A program made the position numbers and the translations under genes. The notes beneath the pieces were generated by a model. It made no database searches, was not told where the DNA came from, and saw nothing but the letters and a program-made list of their open reading frames with translations. DNA of 15,120 nucleotides from Octopus sinensis (lineage: Eukaryota). This document shows positions 1 to 9,197 of the stretch, piece after piece (position 1 is the stretch's first letter; every line of letters starts with the position of its first letter). The stretch lies in contig NW_021825580.1 in the NCBI RefSeq assembly GCF_006345805.1, forward strand, positions 1-15,120. Direction: 5' to 3'.

Positions 1-32
1 ACCGTGTCTTTATATCTCGATGATTACATTGC

Positions 33-88
33 CAACAACGACAACAACACCGACAACAACAACAACAACAACAACACCGACAACAACA
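33..88. repeat. (AAC)n imperfect trinucleotide microsatellite
   Basis: Direct: caacaac runs with ACG/ACC interruptions. Confidence 0.95.
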
Positions 89-176
89 GCTGATTAATTA
101 TTGGATATTTGCTTCTAATGTCACATCAGTGTTCATGCACGCGACACAAACAGACCAAATTATATTTCTCTGTCTC

Positions 177-178
<2 letters not shown>

Positions 179-215
<37 letters not shown>

Positions 216-434
216 ACACACATACACATAAACACATAAACAGACATACACATACATAAAGAGACAGATGTATATATACATAATTGTTGCATATATATAT
301 ATACATATATTACAATATATTATAATATACATATTATAATACTATATATATATTACATATATATATATATATACAGTATATATATATACATATATTATAA
401 TATTAGATATATATATATTACAATATATATATAC

Positions 435-465
<31 letters not shown>

Positions 466-485
466 CATATATATATAACATTATA

Positions 486-542
<57 letters not shown>

Positions 543-604
543 CATACAGATATACATATAACATCTATATCGTCTATATACGTATATATCTATCCACCAA
601 CCGG

Positions 605-659
<55 letters not shown>

Positions 660-722
660 GTCCATCTATCTATTTCTCTATCGATATACATATATTTACA
701 TACACATAGATATATATATTAG
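179..722. repeat. Compound microsatellite: (CA)n 179-213, degenerate (TA)n about 271-551, (TCTA)13 605-659
   Basis: Direct reading of the tandem units. Confidence 0.95.
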
Positions 723-977
723 TAATTTACGTCCTATTGTAAATCAATGGCGAAAACAAAGAAGAAATTTGCCTGATAGGGCTTGGTGCCATTCTGTCTT
801 CTAGCAGACAATACCGTCGCATTCTTCTTCTAATTGAATACCGTAATATCCACCATAACCTCCACCCTTACCCGCTTTCATTTGAACGATAACAATATAA
901 GTAGACATGTAAGTGTTATCGCACTATGGATATAATCCTGGGCCTTTCGGTGTTGGTAGCGGTAGTAGTTATTGAAT

Positions 978-1102
978 AGGCGGCGTGGCTGTGTGGTAAG
1001 GAGCTTCCCAACCACCTGGTCCCGGTTTCATCCTTGCTGCGTGGCACCTAGGCTATCTGTCTACTTCAATCGCTTTGGGTCGACCAAAGTTTTCTGAGTG
1101 GA
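978..1102 (+). mobile_element. 5' fragment of tRNA-derived SINE family A (degenerate)
   Basis: Aligns by eye to 13343-13472: GTGGCTGTGTGGTAAG vs GTGGCGGTGTGGTACG, CTGCGTGGCACCT shared, GGGTCGACCAAAG vs GGGTTGACCAAAG, TGAGTGGAT shared. Confidence 0.85.
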
Positions 1103-1227
1103 TATATACATATATATAGATATATAGATATATATACTAGTATATAATTACTGTCTATTCTTAAACATTTTTACAATCCCACGAATAATTTTATGATTTT
1201 GTTTTAAAATTCCAAATTCGTATATAT

Positions 1228-1313
1228 TCTCTGATGAAGGAAGTGTGGATTACTGAAATTCAGAAGGTTTTATCTACACACTTCTTCGTACATTCCCGGA
1301 AACGGCCGTAAGA
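1228..1313 (+). ncRNA. Candidate type-I hammerhead ribozyme with intact core (Penelope-like element type)
   Basis: TCT-CTGATGA(1231-1237)...GAAAC(1299-1303)-GGCC-GTA(1308-1310)-AGA. Helix I is TCT/AGA, helix III is the palindrome ACGGCCGT, and helix II is long with GG/CC at the base and GAAGTGTG/CACACTTC distally. Activity untested. Confidence 0.5.
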
Positions 1314-1446
1314 TTCTTTCTCTGTATTGGATTCATTTGAGAACTTCCCTTTTGGATTATAGTGAACTGTTATCTCATCAGCTTGGACGTCTTAATTTAT
1401 CTATATGACTTTGATTTCGGCACGGAATTACACTTTTATATGTGTA

Positions 1447-1812
1447 CTAGCAGTATCGCCCGGCGTTGCTCGGGTTTGTTTCGACCCTTTAGAATTGGAA
1501 TTTTTGAAAAGTAAAAATTTTGCATTATGTACCTTGTTTCTGGTTGAAATACACCGTAAAATGGCGACACAGATGTCAAAAAATCGTAAAAAATAGGGAT
1601 TTTCATAGAAAAAAGCACCTTTTTGATATAAATAATTTTTGGTGTTAACATGGTCCGATTTGAATTTTTTCTTCTACGGAAAGAAGAGAAAGCCTTCTTC
1701 TATCAACTTCACTTTTTGGTCAATTGCGCCCGCAGGGTCTCGGAGGAGATAGTGTTAGTTGAAGGCTACCAAACCTGCCATACACAACAACTTCAGTTTA
1801 TATATATAGAGA
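1447..1812 (-). mobile_element. Non-autonomous Helitron, 366 bp (copy 1)
   Basis: Minus strand starts TC (TCTCTATATATATAAACTGAAG) after an A and ends CCCGAGCAACGCCGGG hairpin + 8 nt + CTAG before a T. These are canonical Helitron termini and an A|T target. Homologous to 7054-7445. Confidence 0.85.
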
Positions 1813-2300
1813 TATATGTTTTTGTATGTTATGGGTTCGCATGTTTAAAATGGCTTATAATCGCCCCCTGTGTTTAGATATGCATCGGCTTTGATGAGGA
1901 GTGTTATTGACCTTGGAACTTGTCTCTTTCAAATTGATACTATGTATATGTAAATAATTTATTTTCCGATCGGTTTAAGGTTTACAATCATAGTACTAAA
2001 ACAGCAGAGGTGTGACGGATTATCATGCAAATACATATAATCCATGCATCATATGAAGGAGACGAGTCCTCTATTGGTGTCCGACGCAATCCTATGTCGA
2101 TATCGCAGGGTTAGCCTCACCTATTTGTCGTGTCATGCAAACAACCAGTGTTTATAACAGAAATAGTGTACAGAGGATTAAATGTAGCAATTATCATTAA
2201 TTGCCATTAACTTAATATTGATTATCTGCAGGATTCCTAATCAGGCAAATTTTGGCTGTCAAGCTGTGGGGAAACAGGTATTAACACGAATGCATGAATG

Positions 2301-2528
2301 CACACACACACACGCACACACGCACACACACACACACACACATACACACACATACACACACACGCACACATATATACACACATACACACATATATACACA
2401 CTCTCTCTCACCCACAAATATACAATATAATACAGAGACATAGCAAGAAATATATATGTATCATTTGTATCTGATTTATATATGAATAAGTATATCACAC
2501 ACACACACACACACACACGCACACACAT
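2301..2528. repeat. Compound (CA)n / (CATA)n / (CT)n microsatellites
   Basis: Direct; explains ORFs 2218..2430 and 2259..2528. Confidence 0.95.
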
Positions 2529-3061
2529 ACAAACACATTATTTGAGGTGTGTGTGACATTCACGGTGCGTCTGGTATTTCAGAACAAAACTTTTAAGAGC
2601 AATAAGCGACCCACACTTTAACTAAATATCCTCCACTTTTTTGTCGCCCCAACATGAAAGCTTTGAATGTATTGCAGACGATGTAAAAACATGGCGATCT
2701 CGTAATCTTAGCCGACAAACACAGAAATTTTGAAATTGCTACCTTATTAAATGTCGTAAGACCCTTTATGTCCAACATTAGAAAAGTGCTCCTGGTCTCT
2801 TGTAGGAATGTGTCTTCCATGGCTATAAAACAAAAATTCTCGATGATCCGGCATTGTTAGAGACGTCGTGTTTATAGTGAAAAATATAGTATGTGGTGAT
2901 TGACGATATAAAGTCTATTTCTCAGCATATTGGCATAGAATTTTTTCTTTTGCCCTTATTTATACTTGTATATATGTATATGTATACATATAACAAACAT
3001 TTATGATGTAATATATATATTATTGTTTATATAATGCATATGCATGCATGTATGTCTCTCC

Positions 3062-3156
3062 CCCCTCTCTCTCTCTATATATATATGTATGTCTGTGTGT
3101 GTGTCTGTATGTATGTATGTATGTATGTATGTATGTATGTATGTATGTATGTATAT
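3062..3156. repeat. (CT)n-(TA)n-(TG)n-(TATG)n compound microsatellite
   Basis: Direct. Confidence 0.95.
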
Positions 3157-3380
3157 ATATGATTGACCGCTTGCCACTAAAGCTTTTTAATTCTCCTTCG
3201 CCATGATTGATCACTAAATCCACAAGTTTTTTTATTGTCTCTCTGTTTATTTTCTCGTATTCCTTTCAGGTGAAGAGCGTAGGCTCGAAATATAAAAGAA
3301 TTCCCCACCTTCCCGAGCGTTAAAGTAATACACTTGTGGTGTTTACACACCTGTCTTCGTCTTGTTTTTCGTTAAATTCC
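3157..3380 (+). mobile_element. Probable Penelope-like element terminal-repeat (pLTR) fragment carrying a hammerhead-like motif
   Basis: Shares ATATGATTGACCGCT-GCCACTAAAGC and CTCTCTGTTTATT...GAAGAGCGTAGGCTCGAAA with 6768-6870. The PLE assignment is inferred from the minimal-hammerhead architecture. Confidence 0.55.
3263..3298 (+). ncRNA. Degenerate minimal hammerhead-like motif
   Basis: CTTT-CAGGTGA-A-GAGC(GTAG)GCTC-GAAA-TATA-AAAG. Helix I is CTTT/AAAG, helix II is 4 bp plus a tetraloop, and helix III is the palindrome ATAT. The core CAGGTGA differs from CUGANGA at two positions. Confidence 0.45.
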
Positions 3381-3672
3381 AATATATATAATATATATAT
3401 ATATATAATATATATATACATATATATATATATATTATATACATATATATATACTATATATATATAGGGAGTGTTAATATATAGTATATATATATATTAG
3501 GGAGTACAACTCCAAACTTACAGGGGAAAAATTCAATTTAGTATGAAATATATATATATCGATTCGTTTGGTTTCGTTTCGTTTTCTTCTTCTTCTCTAG
3601 CGGTGTTTATATATATATATATATACGTACATATATATTAAATAGTATATATAATACTTACATATGTATGTA

Positions 3673-3717
<45 letters not shown>
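3381..3717. repeat. Degenerate (TA)n tracts with short unique interruptions
   Basis: Direct. Confidence 0.85.
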
Positions 3718-3723
<6 letters not shown>

Positions 3724-4030
3724 TTATTTACGCAGTTATTTAATTGTTCTCCCTTCCAGGCTTGTTAATAATTCCATTATTGTTCGCTCGTTTTATCACC
3801 CATTTTCTGTATATTGAAAACCTGAATGTCTTTGGTAAACTCAGTGGTTAATTCATTCCACCTTTTCCCCCGAGGATTTGGATGTGGGCGGAAAATCAAA
3901 AGTATGAAACAGTGCGCTCCATTAATCTTGCCGCGGTTAAGTAATTGTTTATTACATTACGGAAAGTGATATGAGATTTGCGATCCAATGCTTTCGCCAT
4001 ACACAGACAGAACGATCATCATAGCACGAT

Positions 4031-4063
<33 letters not shown>

Positions 4064-4109
4064 TGCCTATATATATTCATATATATAGAGTGAGACACAC
4101 ACACAGACA

Positions 4110-4140
<31 letters not shown>

Positions 4141-4339
4141 GAACACATGCACACATAACACACACTTGTATATTATATACATCAAGAATCTTGCAAACCC
4201 ATACAAGAACGAAGTATATGTGGTGTGTGTATGTAGTATATATAATATATATATTATATATATCGTGTGTGTATGTATGTATCTAATATATATATATATA
4301 TATCGTGTGTGTATGTATGTATATATATATATTATATTA

Positions 4340-4385
<46 letters not shown>

Positions 4386-4386
4386 C

Positions 4387-4417
<31 letters not shown>

Positions 4418-4560
4418 CATACATATACAGATATTTGTGTATGTATATATATATATAAATCTGCGTGTTCATGTATGTATATAAATATATATGTTTACGA
4501 ATAATACGTATATGAGTATATACATATTTGTGTGTGTCTGTGTGTGTGTGTGTGTGTTGC
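4031..4560. repeat. Compound (TG)n / (CA)n / (TA)n microsatellite block
   Basis: Direct; explains ORFs 3952..4206, 4166..4504 and 4386..4574. Confidence 0.9.
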
Positions 4561-5047
4561 GTACACACATTCACCTATATACGAAGAAAATGACTTGAAA
4601 TTTATTTATTTTATTATTCCGTTGTCAACACAAACAGGATCTTTGTGTCGACTGTCAAATTATCTTATTTTCAAATACCATATCTGAAATATATAATCCT
4701 TCATCGAAAATGCTCGACAATGTACATTTATCATTAGCTGGAATATATTTGATGAAAAAGCAGGCAAATCTCTCTCAAATTACATTCTATCGTTTAAAAA
4801 AAAGATGTACATGTCAAATAATACAGTCTTTGATATATAAGAAAAAAAACCAGGATGGTGTTTGATAGAATGTCGTTGGTGGTTGGCTGACAGCAAGGAT
4901 TGTTGAGGGTCTGTCTATCAACTAAATACAACTGCTCAGCCGATGTAGCTGTAACTAGGTAACATCTGCTTGGGTCGTCGAGGGTGTTGTCTAAGTATTT
5001 ACCCGTGGAGTATTAGTCTTCAGAGTGTAGGCCTACGTACACTTCAG

Positions 5048-5127
5048 TTGTTTCAGTCAGTGGATTGCGGCCATACTGGGGCACTACCGTGAAGTGTTTG
5101 GTCGGAGGGGTTGACTCCAGTACTTAT
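5048..5127 (-). mobile_element. Degenerate SINE 3' tail fragment (family A-like)
   Basis: Reverse complement GTGCCCCAGTATGGCCGCAATCCACTGACTGAAACAA resembles GTGCTCCAGCATGGCCGCAGTTAAATGAC (11634-11661) and TGACTGAAACAA (13704-13715). Confidence 0.7.
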
Positions 5128-5145
5128 TTAATTTTTTTTTAGTTA

Positions 5146-5592
5146 AAGATGGCGAGTAAGCAGAGTCGTTAGCACGCCGGACAAAATGCTTATCGGCATT
5201 TATTTCACCAAGGCGGCGAGCTGGCAGAAACGTTAGCACGCCGGGCGAAATTCGTAGCCGTATTTCGTCTGCTGTTACGTTCTGAGTTCAAATTCCGCCG
5301 AGGTTGACTTTGCCTTTCATCCTTTCGGAGTCGATAAATTAAGTACCAGTTACGCACTGGGGTCGATGTAATCGACTTAATCCGTTTGTCTGTCCTTGTT
5401 TGTCTCCTCTATGTTTAGCCCCTTGTGGGTAGTAAAGAAATAGGCATTTATTTCACCTTTACGTTCTGAGCTCAAATTCCGTTGCAGCCCACTTTGTCTT
5501 TCATCCTTTCAGGGTTGATGAAATAAGCACCTGATAAGTCCTGGGGATAATATATTCGACCATCTGCCTTTTGCTTGTAGTTGAATGATTAT
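5146..5592 (+). mobile_element. Older family B-related SINE, split by the younger SINE at 5210-5442
   Basis: The head AAGATGGCGAG...CGTTAGCACGCCGG (5146-5194) resumes after 5457 as ACGTTCTGAGCTCAAATTCC...CTTTCATCCTTTC, collinear with family B. The 3' end is approximate. Confidence 0.75.
5210..5442 (+). mobile_element. Full-length tRNA-derived SINE family B, 233 bp, with 15-bp TSD
   Basis: A-box-like TGGCAGAAACG 5222-5232, B-box-like GTTCAAATTCC 5286-5296, and central GCCTTTCATCCTTTCGGAGTCGATAAATTAAGTACC resembling the Nin/Deu-type SINE domain (recognition, unverified). Exact TSD GGCATTTATTTCACC at 5195-5209 and 5443-5457. Confidence 0.92.
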
Positions 5593-6041
5593 CATAATTT
5601 GGTTGGGCGTATGAACCCCAAAGCTTTCTTGTCATGATGCAAAAAAGTATTTTAAATGTATACATAAAGTATAAGTTCAATGATAGAAAAGTGAAAGAGG
5701 GAAAAGAATCTTCCTCGAATAAATCTAAAGGTAGAAAAATCCAAAACTTATAACAAAATCAAGAGCGAAAACCTCAAAACTGAGAGACTATATAGCAAAC
5801 GACATTAATAAAGTAAAGAACACTAAAGTTCCCTGAAATGTCTCATTAGAATGGCAAAATTCCATAAAGGGAATAAGAATATTGGTATTAAAAAAACGTA
5901 GCAAAGAATCAAATATAAAGTGTTGCAGCAACAAAAATGTAAAAGAAAAAAAAAAAGGAAAAAATAACAAAAAAGCTAGCTGGAGAAAAAGGCAAAACTT
6001 TGATTTTTATTACAGAATAACTAGAAAGAAAATGTTAGTTG

Positions 6042-6205
6042 ATATGCCAAGGAAGAACTGCGTTCGACAAGTTAACAAGAAACGGAATTGTTGCGTATGG
6101 TCGGGAATTGTCATTCGAAGAAAAACGGAAGCGAAGTTGCATAGAATTGAATGCACATTGACCACTACCTTGAGCGCCTGTGAATGGTCGTGTCCCTAAC
6201 AGCCA
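6042..6205 (+). pseudogene. Possible highly decayed LINE (RTE-like) post-RT fragment
   Basis: One frame gives GRTAFDKL...RELSFEEKRK and a shifted frame gives TTLSACE, loosely matching the ARxAFxKL...LSxxTK...LLYxCETW region. Weak. Confidence 0.3.
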
Positions 6206-6207
6206 TA

Positions 6208-6236
6208 CGTACGTGTGTGTTTGTATGTATATTTAT

Positions 6237-6276
<40 letters not shown>

Positions 6277-6358
6277 CTTACTATATGTATATGTATGTGT
6301 TTATATACATATATACAAACAATATATATACATACACATACATACATACATACATATG

Positions 6359-6417
<59 letters not shown>

Positions 6418-6452
6418 GCATACCCCCCCACACACACTACATATATACATAA
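6208..6452. repeat. (TG)/(TA)n/(TACA)n compound microsatellite
   Basis: Direct; explains the three I/Y-rich ORFs at 6165-6456. Confidence 0.95.
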
Positions 6453-6767
6453 TTAGAAACACGAAGCATTGAATGTGCAAGCCTTTTAATTTTCATTTAT
6501 TTACAATTGTTTCATCTGGATTGAATCTCATGAATATTGCCATATTGTGCTATAATATATGTAAGGGCGCATAGCCTAGTAGTAGTAGTTAGGGTGTTGC
6601 ATCCACGATCATGGGGATCGTGGTTTCTATTCCTGGACCGAGTGGTGCGCTTTGTTCTTGAGCGAAAAACTTTGCTCTACAATCACTTCGATACCTGACG
6701 TGTAGTACACCGCGCACTTGTTCAAGCAAGGTCAATTTAATGGAGAGAGTGTGCTAATGTATAGTAC

Positions 6768-6870
6768 ATATGATTGACCGCTAGCCACTAAAGCGTTTTT
6801 GTTATTTTCTCTCTGTTTATTCTCTCGTGTTCCTTCCAGGGGAAGAGCGTAGGCTCGAAACGTAAAAGAC
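6768..6870 (+). mobile_element. Second, shorter copy of the putative PLE pLTR fragment
   Basis: Homologous to 3157-3300, with the same 5' boundary, and lacks an internal segment of about 40 nt present in that copy. Confidence 0.6.
6833..6868 (+). ncRNA. Degenerate minimal hammerhead-like motif
   Basis: CTTC-CAGGGGA-A-GAGC(GTAG)GCTC-GAAA-CGTA-AAAG, with palindromic helix III ACGT and GUA triplet. Same two core deviations as 3263-3298. Confidence 0.45.
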
Positions 6871-7053
6871 TATAAGCATATCATTTGCGCAGGTGGTTCA
6901 TCAAGAAATTACGGAACCGTCTTTCTGGGACTACGAGAGACTACCATCACATATACAACTATTGATTCTTGAGGTGTTATATAAACACTTGCCGAATTCA
7001 ATTCTTTAGAATTATGTATGAATTCCAATTGTTGTAGATACTTGAATTATAAA

Positions 7054-7445
7054 TCTCTCTCTATATAAAGCTGAAGTTGTCTGTGTATGGCAGATTTGAT
7101 AGCCTTCAACTAACACTATCTCCTCCGAGACTCTGCGGCGCAACTTGACCAAAATTGAGAGTATGATAGAAGAAGAATTGCTCTTCCTTCCGCAGAAGAA
7201 AAAATTCAAATCGGACCATGTTAATACCAACAATTATTTACATCAAAAAGGTATTTTTTGTCAATGAAAATTCCTATTTTTTACGATTTTTTGACTGCTG
7301 TGTCGCCATTTTTCGGTGTATTTCAACCAGAAAAATGTTCACTTAAATAGAATAACAAGGTACATAATGCAAAATTTTTACTTTTCAAAAATTCCAATTG
7401 AAAAGGGTCGAAACAAACCCGAGCAACGCCGGGTGATACTGCTAG
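7054..7445 (+). mobile_element. Non-autonomous Helitron, 392 bp (copy 2)
   Basis: A7053|TC start, GC hairpin CCCGAGCAACGCCGGG 7418-7433, and CTAG 7442-7445|T7446. Roughly 90% identical by eye to copy 1, plus 22 extra nt. Confidence 0.88.
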
Positions 7446-7875
7446 TATTTTATATGTATATCGAGTCGGGCGTGTTTACATGATTACATTTGCTTATTAC
7501 AGACAAAATAAAACGAAACAAACCACTGGCTTGAATTAAGCAGTCAAGAGGAAAGATGAATAGAAGACAAGAATAGAAGAAAATAGAAACAAAATTGAGA
7601 CGACAAATGCGTAAACTATTATCTTATGAACTCCATAGCTAGTAAAGCTAATGTAGTTCATATGATAATAACTTATTCCTTTATCGTTTTATTTTCTTGT
7701 TACCGCTCTATATTTGTCTAACACCTCTTTCTAAAACATATGTATAATTGATTCGACACCAGGTTATCAGTTTCGGAATGCCTAAACGAAATATTTAAAC
7801 ATTAAAAAAAAGAAAGAAAAAAGAAAGAAGCAGGAAAAGAAAAAATGTTTTTGTTTTTAGACAATACAAGTTATA

Positions 7876-8108
7876 TATTTCTTTACTACCCACAAGGGGC
7901 TAAACACAGAGGGGACAAACAAGGACAGACAAAGGGAATAAGTCGATTACATCGACTCCAGTGTGTAACTGGTACTTAATTTATCGACCCCGAAAGGATG
8001 AAAGGCAAAGTCGACCTCGGCAGAATTTGAACTCAGAACGTAGCAGCAGACGAAATACCGCTAAGCATTTCGCCCGGTGTGCTAACGTTTCTGCCAGGTC
8101 ACCGCCTT
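7876..8108 (-). mobile_element. SINE family B, left monomer of a tandem dimer
   Basis: Reverse-complement match to 5210-5442 over its whole length. Confidence 0.92.
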
Positions 8109-8111
8109 ATA

Positions 8112-8343
8112 TATTTCTTTACTACCTACAAGGGGCCAAACACAGAGGGGACAAACAAGGACAGACAAAGGGAATAAGTCGATTACATCGACTCCAGTGT
8201 GTAACTGGTACTTAATTTATCGACCCCGAAAGGATGAAAGGTAAAGTCAACCTCGGCGGAATTTGAACACGGAACGTAACGACAGACGATTGCGGCTACG
8301 CTTTTCGCCCGGCGTGCTAACGTTTCTGCCAGCTCACCGCCTT
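8112..8343 (-). mobile_element. SINE family B, right monomer of a tandem dimer
   Basis: 236-nt period relative to the left monomer. The dimer is flanked by AATACAAGTTATA at 7863-7875 and 8349-8361. Confidence 0.92.
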
Positions 8344-8441
8344 AAGAAAATACAAGTTATAAGCTTGTTAACAGTTTCTATCTCAAAAAGAACTTTATAG
8401 AAATGTTCTTAAATTTTTTATTGCTTTTGATATATAAATGA

Positions 8442-8442
<1 letters not shown>

Positions 8443-8470
<28 letters not shown>
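8443..8470. repeat. (TG)14 microsatellite
   Basis: Direct. Confidence 0.95.
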
Positions 8471-8474
<4 letters not shown>

Positions 8475-8959
8475 ATTTGCGTGGGTTTATGTGTATGTGT
8501 GTGTGCGTGTGAACGCAACAGTCACAATAAAGAAACTGGAGGATCTAACAAAATTGATGGTGATGGATCGGCTTGAACACTTGACTCAAGCTACATATAA
8601 ACAAGCAATTAAAAGATAATTATAATATGAATCACTCAGGCTAATTATTTAGAGGCAGCTTCTACTCGAAAAAAAAAAGTTAAATTAGTGTCAATATTTA
8701 ATGCAAGAAACACGAAAAGATGCAATTTGAAATAACCAGTCGATAATTACTTTTTTAATATACAGTACTGAGAAAAATTACGCACGAGATTAATTATATC
8801 TTTTCACGAGTTGCGAGAAACTATGTTTAAAAAAGGAAGAAAAATGACAATAAGTGAATAAACAAAAAAGCTTATCATTAAATAATTCACTGAAATAAAT
8901 CTTATAATAACAGTAAAAATGTAGCTATATGAATACGAATTGGAGGACTCGACTCTGTC

Positions 8960-8960
<1 letters not shown>

Positions 8961-9022
<62 letters not shown>

Positions 9023-9045
9023 TGATGATGATGATGATGATAACG

Positions 9046-9091
<46 letters not shown>

Positions 9092-9108
9092 TAACGATAA
9101 TAATAATG

Positions 9109-9166
<58 letters not shown>

Positions 9167-9197
9167 TGATGATGATGATGATGATAACGATAATAAT
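8961..9197. repeat. Compound (AAT)n/(GAT)7 microsatellite with higher-order structure
   Basis: (GAT)7-AAC-GAT at 9021-9047 and 9165-9191 (144-nt period). Confidence 0.95.

Larger units (their letters stand above)
6563..6930 (+). mobile_element. Degenerate tRNA-derived SINE family C, interrupted by the fragment at 6768-6870
   Basis: A-box-like TAGCCTAGT(AGTAGT)AGTTAG 6572-6592, B-box-like GGTTTCTATTCC 6622-6633, and an 8-bp stem CCACGATC/GATCGTGG 6603-6623. The body and 3' boundary are inferred and approximate. Confidence 0.55.

Noticed and set aside
1300-1381. CTGATGA on the minus strand (1381-1375) as another hammerhead
   Set aside because: No GAAA closes a helix II, and helix I cannot form.
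1650-1877. ORF sharing RRVSEEIVLVEGYQ with ORF 7012..7233
   Set aside because: The similarity comes from the two Helitron copies read antisense; both ORFs run past the element boundary and have no recognisable domain.
2187-2260. Cluster of TAAT/ATTA homeodomain-like sites (also near 3920-3960 and 8610-8800)
   Set aside because: Expected by chance in AT-rich DNA; unsupported without conservation data.
2593-2820. 75-aa minus-strand ORF in unique sequence
   Set aside because: No recognisable motif or splice context; length is within chance range.
5700-6199. K-rich ORF 5882..6199, with LPRI and ASWRKR as a second R4-type fragment or a gene
   Set aside because: Motif spacing does not match the 10004 fragment, and the K-richness reflects A-rich DNA.
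6885-6945. KLRNRLSG peptide resembling a GIY-YIG endonuclease segment
   Set aside because: It needs several frameshifts, has no GIY or YIG motif, and is better explained as SINE body.
7876-8343. Direct repeat as a CRISPR-like array or tRNA genes
   Set aside because: These are two 233-bp SINE copies with no spacers; the SINE heads have only A/B boxes and no complete cloverleaf.
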